Assembly: GCA_964057225.1 (NCBI GenBank)
Contig: OZ059899.1
Span: 2,542,001 to 2,606,000 of the forward strand
Reading direction: 5' to 3'
DNA length: 64,000 bases
Source of the DNA: Auanema rhodensis
Lineage: Eukaryota; Animalia; Nematoda
In this document: positions 40,401 through 56,000 of the stretch, in pieces
Numbering within the stretch: the stretch's first letter is position 1
Layout: every line of letters begins with the position of its first letter
The notes under the pieces: model-generated
What the model saw: the letters and a program-made list of their open reading frames with translations, nothing else
What the model was told of the DNA's origin: nothing
Databases searched by the model: none
Program-made: the position numbers and the translations under genes

Positions 40401-42474
40401 TATTTTGAAATTTTTCGAAAAAATTTTTGTCAAAATGTTTTTGGAAGCAATGTTGAGTGTACATGGAAACTCAACATACACTAATGCATCATTTTTCAAA
40501 CGATCATAACTAATTTTTGTATTAAGCGTTTCTCAATGTAGTATAGTGCATTCGATGCGGATTTTTAAGGTGCGTCGATCTGTGTTATCAGATTTGCGCT
40601 AGCTTAAAAAAGCACCGAGATATCAACTGATATAAGTTCACACTTATATCCTCGATTTTCACCCTGAAGAATTAATTTTTTCGTTGAATAACATCGTCCA
40701 TCGTCTTTGCCTTGAAAAATGGAATCTAAAAACATCTACTTTTTGCTAAATTATTTTGAAATTTTTCGAAAAAATTTTTGTCAAAATGTTTTTGGAAGCA
40801 ATGTTGAGTGTACATGGAAACTCAACATACACTAATGCATCATTTTTCAAACGATCATAACTAATTTTTGTATTAAGCGTTTCTCGATGTAGTATAGTGC
40901 ATTCGATGCGGATTTTTAAGCTGCGTCGATCTGTGTTATCAGATTTGCGCTAGATTAAAAATGCACCGAGATATCAACTGATATAAGTTCACACTTATAT
41001 CCTCGATTTTCACCCTGAAGAATTAATTTTTTCGTTGAATAACATCGTCCATCGTCTTTGCCTTGAAAAATGGAATCTAAAAACATCTACTTTTTGCTAA
41101 ATTATTTTGAAATTTTTCGAAAAAATTTTTGTCAAAATGTTTTTGGAAGCAATGTTGAGTGTACATAGAAACTCAACATACACTAATGCATCATTTTTCA
41201 AACGATCATAACTAATTTTTGTATTAAGCGTTTCTCGATGTAGTATAGTGCATTCGATGCGGATTTTTAAGCTGCGTCGATCTGTGTTATCAGATTTGCG
41301 CTAGCTTAAAAATGCACCGAGATATCAACTGATATAAGTTCACACTTATATCCTCGATTTTCACCCTGAAGAATTAATTTTTTCGTTGAATAACATTGTC
41401 CATCGTCTTTGCCTTAAAAAATGGAATCTAAAAACATCTACTTTTTGCTAAATTATTTTGAAATTTTTCGAAAAAATTTTTGTCAAAATGTTTTTGGAAG
41501 CAATGTTGAGTGTACATGGAAACTCAACATACACTAATGCATCATTTTTCAAACGATCATAACTAATTTTTGTATTAAGCGTTTCTCAATGTAGTATAGT
41601 GCATTCGATGCGGATTTTTAAGCTGCGTCGATCTGTGTTATCAGATTTGCGCTAGCTTAAAAATGCACCGAGATATCAACTGATATAAGTTCACACTTAT
41701 ATCCTCGATTTTCACCCTGAAGAATTAATTTTTTCGTTGAATAACATCGTCCATCGTCTTTGCCTTGAAAAATGGAATCTAAAAACATCTACTTTTTGCT
41801 GAATTATTTTGAAATTTTTCGAAAAAATTTTTGTCAAAATGTTTTTGGAAGCAATGTTGAGTGTACATGGAAACTCAACATACACTAATGCATCATTTTT
41901 CAAACGATCATAACTAATTTTTGTATTAAGCGTTTCTCGATGTAGTATAGTGCATTCGATGCGGATTTTTAAGCTGCGTCGATCTGTGTTATCAGATTTG
42001 CGCTAGATTAAAAATGCACCGAGATATCAACTGATATAAGTTCACACTTATATCCTCGATTTTCACCCTGAAGAATTAATTTTTTCGTTGAATAACATCG
42101 TCCATCGTCTTTGCCTTAAAAAATGGAATCTAAAAACATCTACTTTTTGCTAAATTATTTTGAAATTTTTCGAAAAAATTTTTGTCAAAATGTTTTTGGA
42201 AGCAATGTTGAGTGTACATGGAAACTCAACATACACTAATGCATCATTTTTCAAACGATCATAACTAATTTTTGTATTAAGCGTTTCTCAATGTAGTATA
42301 GTGCATTCGATGCGGATTTTTAAGCTGCGTCGATCTGTGTTATCAGATTTGCGCTAGCTTAAAAATGCACCGAGATATCAACTGATATAAGTTCACACTT
42401 ATATCCTCGATTTTCACCCTGAAGAATTAATTTTTTCGTTGAATAACATCGTCCATCGTCTTTGCCTTGAAAAA
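31830..42474. repeat. Higher-order duplication, 15 monomers (5265 bp), 2 copies, containing an internal 3-monomer duplication
   Basis: ORFs 33639>38904, 33990>39255, 34692>39957, 35043>40308, 36447>41712; ACATAGAA 32041>37306 and 35902>41167; ATCAAACG ~34555>39820. Confidence 0.95.
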
Positions 42475-45400
42475 CGGAATCTAAAAACATCTACTTTTTG
42501 CTAAATTATTTTGAAATTTTTCGAAAAAATTTTTGTCAAAATGTTTTTGGAAGCAATGTTGAGTGTACATGGAAACTCAACATACACTAATGCATCATTT
42601 TTCAAACGATCATAACTAATTTTTGTATTAAGCCTTTCTCAATGTAGTATAGTGCATTCGATGCGGATTTTTAAGCTGCGTCGATCTGTGTTATCAGATT
42701 TGCGCTAGCTTAAAAATGCACCGAGATATCAACTGATATAAGTTCACACTTATATCCTCGATTTTCACCCTGAAGAATTAATTTTTTCGTTGAATAACAT
42801 TGTCCATCGTCTTTGCCTTGAAAAACGGAATCTAAAAACATCTACTTTTCGCTGAATTATCTTGAAATTTTTCGAAAAAATTTTTGTCAAAATGTTTTTG
42901 GAAGCAATGTTGAGTGTACATGGAAACTCAACATACACTAATGCATCATTTTTCAAACGATCATAACTAATTTTTGTATTAAGCGTTTCTCAATGTAGTA
43001 TAGTGCATTTGATGCGGATTTTTGAGCTGCGTCGATCTGTGTTATCAGATTTGCGCTAGCTTGAAAATGCACCGAGATATCAACTGATATAAGTTCACAC
43101 TTATATCCTCGATTTTCACCCTGAAGAATTAATTTTTTCGTTGAATAACATTGTCCATCGTCTTTGCCTTGAAAAAAGGAATCTGAAAACATCTACTTTT
43201 CGCTAAATTATCTTGAAATTTTTCGAAAAAATTTTTGTCAAAATGTTTTTGGAAGCAATGTTGAGTGTACATGGAAACTCAACATACACTAATGCATCAT
43301 TTTTCAAACGATCATAACTAATTTTTGTATTAAGCGTTTCTCAATGTAGTATAGTGCATTCGATGCGGATTTTTAAGCTGCGTCGATCTGTGTTATCAGA
43401 TTTGCGCTAGCTTAAAAATGCACCAAGATATCAACTGATATAAGTTCACACTTATATCCTCGATTTTCACCCTGAAGAATTATTTTTTTCGTTGAATAAC
43501 ATTGTCCATCGTCTTTGCTTTGAAAAACAGAATCTAAAAACATCTACTTTTTGCTAAATTATTTTGAAATTTTTCGAAAAAAGTTTTGTCAAAATGTTTT
43601 TGGAAGCAATGTTGAGTGTACATGGAAACTCAACATACACTAATGCATCATTTTTCAAACGATCATAACTAATTTTTGTATTAAGCGTTTCTCAATATAG
43701 TATAGTGCATTCGATGCGGATTTTTGAGCTGCGTCGATCTGTGTTATCAGATTTGCGCTAGCTTAAAAATGCACCGAGATATCAACTGATATAAGTTCAC
43801 ACTTATATCCTCGATTTTCACCCTGAAGAATTAATTTTTTCGTTGAATAACATTGTCCATCGTCTTTGCCTTGAAAAACGGAATCTAAAAACATCTACTT
43901 TTCGCTGAATTATCTTGAAATTTTTCGAAAAAATTTTTGTCAAAATGTTTTTGGAAGCAATGTTGAGTGTACATGGAAACTCAACATACACTAATGCATC
44001 ATTTTTCAAACGATCATAACTAATTTTTGTATTAAGCGTTTCTCAATGTAGTATAGTGCATTCGATGCGGATTTTTGAGCTGCGTCGATCTGTGTTATCA
44101 GATTTGCGCTAGCTTAAAAATGCACCGAGATATCAACTGATATAAGTTCACACTTATATCCTCGATTTTCACCCTGAAGAATTAATTTTTTCGTTGAATA
44201 ACATTGTCCATCGTCTTTGCCTTAAAAAATGGAATCTAAAAACATCTACTTTTTGCTAAATTATTTTGAAATTTTTCGAAAAAATTTTTGTCAAAATGTT
44301 TTTGGAAGCAATGTTGAGTGTACATGGAAACTCAACATACACTAATGCATCATTTTTCAAACGATCATAACTAATTTTTGTATTAAGCGTTTCTCAATGT
44401 AGTATAGTGCATTCGATGCGGATTTTTAAGCTGCGTCGATCTGTGTTATCAGATTTGCGCTAGCTTAAAAATGCACCGAGATATCAACTGATATAAGTTC
44501 ACACTTATATCCTCGATTTTCACCCTGAAGAATTAATTTTTTCGTTGAATAACATCGTCCATCGTCTTTGCCTTGAAAAATGGAATCTAAAAACATCTAC
44601 TTTTTGCTGAATTATTTTGAAATTTTTCGAAAAAATTTTTGTCAAAATGTTTTTGGAAGCAATGTTGAGTGTACATGGAAACTCAACATACACTAATGCA
44701 TCATTTTTCAAACGATCATAACTAATTTTTGTATTAAGCGTTTCTCGATGTAGTATAGTGCATTCGATGCGGATTTTTAAGCTGCGTCGATCTGTGTTAT
44801 CAGATTTGCGCTAGATTAAAAATGCACCGAGATATCAACTGATATAAGTTCACACTTATATCCTCGATTTTCACCCTGAAGAATTAATTTTTTCGTTGAA
44901 TAACATCGTCCATCGTCTTTGCCTTGAAAAATGGAATCTAAAAACATCTACTTTTTGCTAAATTATTTTGAAATTTTTCGAAAAAATTTTTGTCAAAATG
45001 TTTTTGGAAGCAATGTTGAGTGTACATGGAAACTCAACATACACTAATGCATCATTTTTCAAACGATCATAACTAATTTTTGTATTAAGCGTTTCTCAAT
45101 GTAGTATAGTGCATTCGATGCGGATTTTTAAGCTGCGTCGATCTGTGTTATCAGATTTGCGCTAGCTTAAAAATGCACCGAGATATCAACTGATATAAGT
45201 TCACACTTATATCCTCGATTTTCACCCTGAAGAATTAATTTTTTCGTTGAATAACATCGTCCATCGTCTTTGCCTTGAAAAACGGAATCTAAAAACATCT
45301 ACTTTTTGCTAAATTATTTTGAAATTTTTCGAAAAAATTTTTGTCAAAATGTTTTTGGAAGCAATGTTGAGTGTACATGGAAACTCAACATACACTAATG

Positions 45401-47030
45401 CATCATTTTTCAAACGATCATAACTAATTTTTGTATTAAGCCTTTCTCAATGTAGTATAGTGCATTCGATGCGGATTTTTAAGCTGCGTCGATCTGTGTT
45501 ATCAGATTTGCGCTAGCTTAAAAATGCACCGAGATATCAACTGATATAAGTTCACACTTATATCCTCGATTTTCACCCTGAAGAATTAATTTTTTCGTTG
45601 AATAACATTGTCCATCGTCTTTGCCTTGAAAAACGGAATCTAAAAACATCTACTTTTCGCTGAATTATCTTGAAATTTTTCGAAAAAATTTTTGTCAAAA
45701 TGTTTTTGGAAGCAATGTTGAGTGTACATGGAAACTCAACATACACTAATGCATCATTTTTCAAACGATCATAACTAATTTTTGTATTAAGCGTTTCTCA
45801 ATGTAGTATAGTGCATTCGATGCGGATTTTTGAGCTGCGTCGATCTGTGTTATCAGATTTGCGCTAGCTTGAAAATGCACCGAGATATCAACTGATATAA
45901 GTTCACACTTATATCCTCGATTTTCACCCTGAAGAATTAATTTTTTCGTTGAATAACATTGTCCATCGTCTTTGCCTTGAAAAAAGGAATCTGAAAACAT
46001 CTACTTTTCGCTAAATTATCTTGAAATTTTTCGAAAAAATTTTTGTCAAAATGTTTTTGGAAGCAATGTTGAGTGTACATGGAAACTCAACATACACTAA
46101 TGCATCATTTTTCAAACGATCATAACTAATTTTTGTATTAAGCGTTTCTCAATGTAGTATAGTGCATTCGATGCGGATTTTTAAGCTGCGTCGATCTGTG
46201 TTATCAGATTTGCGCTAGCTTAAAAATGCACCAAGATATCAACTGATATAAGTTCACACTTATATCCTCGATTTTCACCCTGAAGAATTATTTTTTTCGT
46301 TGAATAACATTGTCCATCGTCTTTGCTTTGAAAAACAGAATCTAAAAACATCTACTTTTTGCTAAATTATTTTGAAATTTTTCGAAAAAAGTTTTGTCAA
46401 AATGTTTTTGGAAGCAATGTTGAGTGTACATGGAAACTCAACATACACTAATGCATCATTTTTCAAACGATCATAACTAATTTTTGTATTAAGCGTTTCT
46501 CAATGTAGTATAGTGCATTCGATGCGGATTTTTGAGCTGCGTCGATCTGTGTTATCAGATTTGCGCTAGCTTAAAAATGCACCGAGATATCAACTGATAT
46601 AAGTTCACACTTATATCCTCGATTTTCACCCTGAAGAATTAATTTTTTCGTTGAATAACATTGTCCATCGTCTTTGCCTTGAAAAACGGAATCTAAAAAC
46701 ATCTACTTTTCGCTGAATTATCTTGAAATTTTTCGAAAAAATTTTTGTCAAAATGTTTTTGGAAGCAATGTTGAGTGTACATGGAAACTCAACATACACT
46801 AATGCATCATTTTTCAAACGATCATAACTAATTTTTGTATTAAGCGTTTCTCAATGTAGTATAGTGCATTCGATGCGGATTTTTGAGCTGCGTCGATCTG
46901 TGTTATCAGATTTGCGCTAGCTTAAAAATGCACCGAGATATCAACTGATATAAGTTCACACTTATATCCTCGATTTTCACCCTGAAGAATTAATTTTTTC
47001 GTTGAATAACATTGTCCATCGTCTTTGCCT
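41270..47030. repeat. Higher-order duplication, 8 monomers (2808 bp), ~2 copies
   Basis: ORFs 41712>44520, 42765>45573, 42953>45761, 43818>46626. Confidence 0.92.
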
Positions 47031-50000
47031 TGAAAAAAGGAATCTGAAAACATCTACTTTTCGCTAAATTATCTTGAAATTTTTCGAAAAAATTTTTGTC
47101 AAAATGTTTTTGGAAGCAATGTTGAGTGTACATGGAAACTCAACATACACTAATGCATCATTTTTCAAACGATCATAACTAATTTTTGTATTAAGCGTTT
47201 CTCAATGTAGTATAGTGCATTCGATGCGGATTTTTAAGCTGCGTCGATCTGTGTTATCAGATTTGCGCTAGCTTAAAAATGCACCAAGATATCAACTGAT
47301 ATAAGTTCACACTTATATCCTCGATTTTCACCCTGAAGAATTATTTTTTTCGTTGAATAACGTTGTCCATCGTCTTCGCCTTGAAAAAAGGAATCTAAAA
47401 ACATCTACTTTTTGCTAAATTATTTTTAAATTTTTCGAAAAAATTTTTGTCAAAATGTTTTTGGAAGCAATGTTGAGTGTACATGGAAACTCAACATACA
47501 CTAATGCATCATTTTTCAAACGATCATAACTAATTTTTGTATTGAGCGTTTCTCAATGTAGTATAGTGCATTCAATGCGGATTTTTGAGCTGCGTCGATC
47601 TGTGTTATCAGATTTGCGCTAGCTTAAAAATGCACCGAGATATCAACTGATATAAGTTCACACTTATATCCTCGATTTTCACCCTGAAGAATTATTTTTT
47701 TCGTTGAATAACATTGTCCATCGTCTTTGCTTTGAAAAACAGAATCTAAAAACATCTACTTTTTGCTAAATTATTTTGAAATTTTTCGAAAAAAGTTTTG
47801 TCAAAATGTTTTTGGAAGCAATGTTGAGTGTACATGGAAACTCAACATACACTAATGCATCATTTTTCAAACGATCATAACTAATTTTTGTATTAAGCGT
47901 TTCTCAATGTAGTATAGTGCATTCGATGCGGATTTTTGAGCTGCGTCGATCTGTGTTATCAGATTTGCGCTAGCTTAAAAATGCACCGAGATATCAACTG
48001 ATATAAGTTCACACTTATATCCTCGATTTTCACCCTGAAGAATTAATTTTTTCGTTGAATAACATTGTCCATCGTCTTTGCCTTGAAAAACGGAATCTAA
48101 AAACATCTACTTTTCGCTAAATTATTTTGAAATTTTTCGAAAAAATTTTTGTCAAAATGTTTTTGGAAGCAATGTTGAGTGTACATGGAAACTCAACATA
48201 CACTAATGCATCATTTTTCAAACGATCATAACTAATTTTTGTATCAAGCGTTTCTCAATGTAGTATAGTGCATTCGATGCGGATTTTTAAGCTGCGTCGA
48301 TCTGTGTTATCAGATTTGCGCTAGCTTAAAAAAGCACCGAGATATCAACTGATATAAGTTCACACTTATATCCTCGATTTTCACCCTGAAGAATTATTTT
48401 TTTCGTTGAATAACATTGTCCATCGTCTTTGCCTTGAAAAACGGAATCTAAAAACATCTACTTTTTGCTAAATTATTTTGAAATTTTTCGAAAAAATTTT
48501 TGTCAAAATGTTTTTGGAAGCAATGTTGAGTGTACATGGAAACTCAACATACACTAATGCATCATTTTTCAAACGATCATAACTAATTTTTGTATTAAGC
48601 CTTTCTCAATGTAGTATAGTGCATTCGATGCGGATTTTTAAGCTGCGTCGATCTGTGTTATCAGATTTGCGCTAGCTGAAAAATGCACCGAGATATCAAC
48701 TGATATAAGTTCACACTTATATCCTCGATTTTCACCCTGAAGAATTATTTTTTTCGTTGAATAACATTGTCCATCGTCTTTGCTTTGAAAAACAGAATCT
48801 AAAAACATCTACTTTTCGCTGAATTATTTTGAAATTTTTCGAAAAAATTTTTGTCAAAATGTTTTTGGAAGCAATGTTGAGTGTACATGGAAACTCAACA
48901 TACACTAATGCATCATTTTTCAAACGATCATAACTAATTTTTGTATTAAGCGTTTCTCAATGTAGTATAGTGCATTCAATGCGGATTTTTGAGCTGCGTC
49001 GATCTGTGTTATCAGATTTGCGCTAGCTTAAAAATGCACCGAGATATCAACTGATATAAGTTCACACTTATATCCTCGATTTTCACCCTGAAGAATTATT
49101 TTTTTCGTTGAATAACATTGTCCATCGTCTTTGCTTTGAAAAACAGAATCTAAAAACATCTACTTTTTGCTAAATTATTTTGAAATTTTTCGAAAAAAGT
49201 TTTGTCAAAATGTTTTTGGAAGCAATGTTGAGTGTACATGGAAACTCAACATACACTAATGCATCATTTTTCAAACGATCATAACTAATTTTTGTATTAA
49301 GCGTTTCTCAATGTAGTATAGTGCATTCGATGCGGATTTTTGAGCTGCGTCGATCTGTGTTATCAGATTTGCGCTAGCTTAAAAATGCACCGAGATATCA
49401 ACTGATATAAGTTCACACTTATATCCTCGATTTTCACCCTGAAGAATTAATTTTTTCGTTGAATAACATTGTCCATCGTCTTTGCCTTGAAAAACGGAAT
49501 CTAAAAACATCTACTTTTCGCTAAATTATTTTGAAATTTTTCGAAAAAATTTTTGTCAAAATGTTTTTGGAAGCAATGTTGAGTGTACATGGAAACTCAA
49601 CATACACTAATGCATCATTTTTCAAACGATCATAACTAATTTTTGTATCAAGCGTTTCTCAATGTAGTATAGTGCATTCGATGCGGATTTTTAAGCTGCG
49701 TCGATCTGTGTTATCAGATTTGCGCTAGCTTAAAAAAGCACCGAGATATCAACTGATATAAGTTCACACTTATATCCTCGATTTTCACCCTGAAGAATTA
49801 TTTTTTTCGTTGAATAACATTGTCCATCGTCTTTGCCTTGAAAAACGGAATCTAAAAACATCTACTTTTTGCTAAATTATTTTGAAATTTTTCGAAAAAA
49901 TTTTTGTCAAAATGTTTTTGGAAGCAATGTTGAGTGTACATGGAAACTCAACATACACTAATGCATCATTTTTCAAACGATCATAACTAATTTTTGTATT

Positions 50001-53000
50001 AAGCCTTTCTCAATGTAGTATAGTGCATTCGATGCGGATTTTTAAGCTGCGTCGATCTGTGTTATCAGATTTGCGCTAGCTGAAAAATGCACCGAGATAT
50101 CAACTGATATAAGTTCACACTTATATCCTCGATTTTCACCCTGAAGAATTATTTTTTTCGTTGAATAACATTGTCCATCGTCTTTGCTTTGAAAAACAGA
50201 ATCTAAAAACATCTACTTTTCGCTGAATTATTTTGAAATTTTTCGAAAAAATTTTTGTCAAAATGTTTTTGGAAGCAATGTTGAGTGTACATGGAAACTC
50301 AACATACACTAATGCATCATTTTTCAAACGATCATAACTAATTTTTGTATTAAGCGTTTCTCAATGTAGTATAGTGCATTCGATGCGGATTTTTAAGGTG
50401 CGTCGATCTGTGTTATCAGATTTGCGCTAGCTTAAAAAAGCACCGAGATATCAACTGATATAAGTTCACACTTATATCCTCGATTTTCACCCTGAAGAAT
50501 TATTTTTTTCGTTGAATAACATTGTCCATCGTCTTTGCCTTGAAAAACGGAATCTAAAAACATCTACTTTTTGCTAAATTATTTTGAAATTTTTCGAAAA
50601 AATTTTTGTCAAAATGTTTTTGGAAGCAATGTTGAGTGTACATGGAAACTCAACATACACTAATGCATCATTTTTCAAACGATCATAACTAATTTTTGTA
50701 TTAAGCCTTTCTCAATGTAGTATAGTGCATTCGATGCGGATTTTTAAGCTGCGTCGATCTGTGTTATCAGATTTGCGCTAGCTTAAAAATGCACCGAGAT
50801 ATCAACTGATATAAGTTCACACTTATATCCTCGATTTTCACCCTGAAGAATTAATTTTTTCGTTGAATAACATTGTCCATCGTCTTTGCCTTGAAAAACG
50901 GAATCTAAAAACATCTACTTTTCGCTGAATTATCTTGAAATTTTTCGAAAAAATTTTTGTCAAAATGTTTTTGGAAGCAATGTTGAGTGTACATGGAAAC
51001 TCAACATACACTAATGCATCATTTTTCAAACGATCATAACTAATTTTTGTATTAAGCGTTTCTCAATGTAGTATAGTGCATTCGATGCGGATTTTTGAGC
51101 TGCGTCGATCTGTGTTATCAGATTTGCGCTAGCTTGAAAATGCACCGAGATATCAACTGATATAAGTTCACACTTATATCCTCGATTTTCACCCTGAAGA
51201 ATTAATTTTTTCGTTGAATAACATTGTCCATCGTCTTTGCCTTGAAAAAAGGAATCTGAAAACATCTACTTTTCGCTAAATTATCTTGAAATTTTTCGAA
51301 AAAATTTTTGTCAAAATGTTTTTGGAAGCAATGTTGAGTGTACATGGAAACTCAACATACACTAATGCATCATTTTTCAAACGATCATAACTAATTTTTG
51401 TATTAAGCGTTTCTCAATGTAGTATAGTGCATTCGATGCGGATTTTTAAGCTGCGTCGATCTGTGTTATCAGATTTGCGCTAGCTTAAAAATGCACCAAG
51501 ATATCAACTGATATAAGTTCACACTTATATCCTCGATTTTCACCCTGAAGAATTATTTTTTTCGTTGAATAACGTTGTCCATCGTCTTCGCCTTGAAAAA
51601 AGGAATCTAAAAACATCTACTTTTTGCTAAATTATTTTTAAATTTTTCGAAAAAATTTTTGTCAAAATGTTTTTGGAAGCAATGTTGAGTGTACATGGAA
51701 ACTCAACATACACTAATGCATCATTTTTCAAACGATCATAACTAATTTTTGTATTAAGCGTTTCTCAATGTAGTATAGTGCATTCGATGCGGATTTTTGA
51801 GCTGCGTCGATCTGTGTTATCAGATTTGCGCTAGCTTAAAAATGCACCGAGATATCAACTGATATAAGTTCACACTTATATCCTCGATTTTCACCCTGAA
51901 GAATTAATTTTTTCGTTGAATAACATTGTCCATCGTCTTTGCCTTGAAAAAAGGAATCTGAAAACATCTACTTTTCGCTAAATTATCTTGAAATTTTTCG
52001 AAAAAATTTTTGTCAAAATGTTTTTGGAAGCAATGTTGAGTGTACATGGAAACTCAACATACACTAATGCATCATTTTTCAAACGATCATAACTAATTTT
52101 TGTATTAAGCGTTTCTCAATGTAGTATAGTGCATTCGATGCGGATTTTTAAGCTGCGTCGATCTGTGTTATCAGATTTGCGCTAGCTTAAAAATGCACCA
52201 AGATATCAACTGATATAAGTTCACACTTATATCCTCGATTTTCACCCTGAAGAATTATTTTTTTCGTTGAATAACGTTGTCCATCGTCTTCGCCTTGAAA
52301 AAAGGAATCTAAAAACATCTACTTTTTGCTAAATTATTTTTAAATTTTTCGAAAAAATTTTTGTCAAAATGTTTTTGGAAGCAATGTTGAGTGTACATGG
52401 AAACTCAACATACACTAATGCATCATTTTTCAAACGATCATAACTAATTTTTGTATTGAGCGTTTCTCAATGTAGTATAGTGCATTCGATGCGGATTTTT
52501 AAGCTGCGTCGATCTGTGTTATCAGATTTGCGCTAGCTTAAAAATGCACCGAGATATCAACTGATATAAGTTCACACTTATATCCTCGATTTTCACCCTG
52601 AAGAATTAATTTTTTCGTTGAATAACATCGTCCATCGTCTTTGCCTTGAAAAATGGAATCTAAAAACATCTACTTTTTGCTGAATTATTTTGAAATTTTT
52701 CGAAAAAATTTTTGTCAAAATGTTTTTGGAAGCAATGTTGAGTGTACATGGAAACTCAACATACACTAATGCATCATTTTTCAAACGATCATAACTAATT
52801 TTTGTATTAAGCGTTTCTCGATGTAGTATAGTGCATTCGATGCGGATTTTTAAGCTGCGTCGATCTGTGTTATCAGATTTGCGCTAGATTAAAAATGCAC
52901 CGAGATATCAACTGATATAAGTTCACACTTATATCCTCGATTTTCACCCTGAAGAATTAATTTTTTCGTTGAATAACATCGTCCATCGTCTTTGCCTTAA

Positions 53001-56000
53001 AAAATGGAATCTAAAAACATCTACTTTTTGCTAAATTATTTTGAAATTTTTCGAAAAAATTTTTGTCAAAATGTTTTTGGAAGCAATGTTGAGTGTACAT
53101 GGAAACTCAACATACACTAATGCATCATTTTTCAAACGATCATAACTAATTTTTGTATTAAGCGTTTCTCAATGTAGTATAGTGCATTCGATGCGGATTT
53201 TTAAGCTGCGTCGATCTGTGTTATCAGATTTGCGCTAGCTTAAAAATGCACCGAGATATCAACTGATATAAGTTCACACTTATATCCTCGATTTTCACCC
53301 TGAAGAATTAATTTTTTCGTTGAATAACATCGTCCATCGTCTTTGCCTTGAAAAACGGAATCTAAAAACATCTACTTTTTGCTAAATTATTTTGAAATTT
53401 TTCGAAAAAATTTTTGTCAAAATGTTTTTGGAAGCAATGTTGAGTGTACATGGAAACTCAACATACACTAATGCATCATTTTTCAAACGATCATAACTAA
53501 TTTTTGTATTAAGCCTTTCTCAATGTAGTATAGTGCATTCGATGCGGATTTTTAAGCTGCGTCGATCTGTGTTATCAGATTTGCGCTAGCTTAAAAATGC
53601 ACCGAGATATCAACTGATATAAGTTCACACTTATATCCTCGATTTTCACCCTGAAGAATTAATTTTTTCGTTGAATAACATTGTCCATCGTCTTTGCCTT
53701 GAAAAACGGAATCTAAAAACATCTACTTTTCGCTGAATTATCTTGAAATTTTTCGAAAAAATTTTTGTCAAAATGTTTTTGGAAGCAATGTTGAGTGTAC
53801 ATGGAAACTCAACATACACTAATGCATCATTTTTCAAACGATCATAACTAATTTTTGTATTAAGCGTTTCTCAATGTAGTATAGTGCATTTGATGCGGAT
53901 TTTTGAGCTGCGTCGATCTGTGTTATCAGATTTGCGCTAGCTTGAAAATGCACCGAGATATCAACTGATATAAGTTCACACTTATATCCTCGATTTTCAC
54001 CCTGAAGAATTAATTTTTTCGTTGAATAACATTGTCCATCGTCTTTGCCTTGAAAAAAGGAATCTGAAAACATCTACTTTTCGCTAAATTATCTTGAAAT
54101 TTTTCGAAAAAATTTTTGTCAAAATGTTTTTGGAAGCAATGTTGAGTGTACATGGAAACTCAACATACACTAATGCATCATTTTTCAAACGATCATAACT
54201 AATTTTTGTATTAAGCGTTTCTCAATGTAGTATAGTGCATTCGATGCGGATTTTTAAGCTGCGTCGATCTGTGTTATCAGATTTGCGCTAGCTTAAAAAT
54301 GCACCAAGATATCAACTGATATAAGTTCACACTTATATCCTCGATTTTCACCCTGAAGAATTATTTTTTTCGTTGAATAACATTGTCCATCGTCTTTGCT
54401 TTGAAAAACAGAATCTAAAAACATCTACTTTTTGCTAAATTATTTTGAAATTTTTCGAAAAAAGTTTTGTCAAAATGTTTTTGGAAGCAATGTTGAGTGT
54501 ACATGGAAACTCAACATACACTAATGCATCATTTTTCAAACGATCATAACTAATTTTTGTATTAAGCGTTTCTCAATGTAGTATAGTGCATTCGATGCGG
54601 ATTTTTGAGCTGCGTCGATCTGTGTTATCAGATTTGCGCTAGCTTAAAAATGCACCGAGATATCAACTGATATAAGTTCACACTTATATCCTCGATTTTC
54701 ACCCTGAAGAATTAATTTTTTCGTTGAATAACATTGTCCATCGTCTTTGCCTTGAAAAACGGAATCTAAAAACATCTACTTTTCGCTGAATTATCTTGAA
54801 ATTTTTCGAAAAAATTTTTGTCAAAATGTTTTTGGAAGCAATGTTGAGTGTACATGGAAACTCAACATACACTAATGCATCATTTTTCAAACGATCATAA
54901 CTAATTTTTGTATTAAGCGTTTCTCAATGTAGTATAGTGCATTCGATGCGGATTTTTGAGCTGCGTCGATCTGTGTTATCAGATTTGCGCTAGCTTAAAA
55001 ATGCACCGAGATATCAACTGATATAAGTTCACACTTATATCCTCGATTTTCACCCTGAAGAATTAATTTTTTCGTTGAATAACATTGTCCATCGTCTTTG
55101 CCTTAAAAAATGGAATCTAAAAACATCTACTTTTTGCTAAATTATTTTGAAATTTTTCGAAAAAATTTTTGTCAAAATGTTTTTGGAAGCAATGTTGAGT
55201 GTACATGGAAACTCAACATACACTAATGCATCATTTTTCAAACGATCATAACTAATTTTTGTATTAAGCGTTTCTCAATGTAGTATAGTGCATTCGATGC
55301 GGATTTTTAAGCTGCGTCGATCTGTGTTATCAGATTTGCGCTAGCTTAAAAATGCACCGAGATATCAACTGATATAAGTTCACACTTATATCCTCGATTT
55401 TCACCCTGAAGAATTAATTTTTTCGTTGAATAACATCGTCCATCGTCTTTGCCTTGAAAAATGGAATCTAAAAACATCTACTTTTTGCTGAATTATTTTG
55501 AAATTTTTCGAAAAAATTTTTGTCAAAATGTTTTTGGAAGCAATGTTGAGTGTACATGGAAACTCAACATACACTAATGCATCATTTTTCAAACGATCAT
55601 AACTAATTTTTGTATTAAGCGTTTCTCGATGTAGTATAGTGCATTCGATGCGGATTTTTAAGCTGCGTCGATCTGTGTTATCAGATTTGCGCTAGATTAA
55701 AAATGCACCGAGATATCAACTGATATAAGTTCACACTTATATCCTCGATTTTCACCCTGAAGAATTAATTTTTTCGTTGAATAACATCGTCCATCGTCTT
55801 TGCCTTGAAAAATGGAATCTAAAAACATCTACTTTTTGCTAAATTATTTTGAAATTTTTCGAAAAAATTTTTGTCAAAATGTTTTTGGAAGCAATGTTGA
55901 GTGTACATGGAAACTCAACATACACTAATGCATCATTTTTCAAACGATCATAACTAATTTTTGTATTAAGCGTTTCTCAATGTAGTATAGTGCATTCGAT

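Noticed and set aside
42765-43192. 79-aa ORF overlapping the 63-aa ORF by ATGA, resembling a translationally coupled two-gene operon (5 copies)
   Set aside because: It requires three coincident SNPs (CTGAAAA, CTTGAAA, TTTGAGC) to open. The overlap is a fixed property of the monomer sequence, and there is no RBS or homology evidence.
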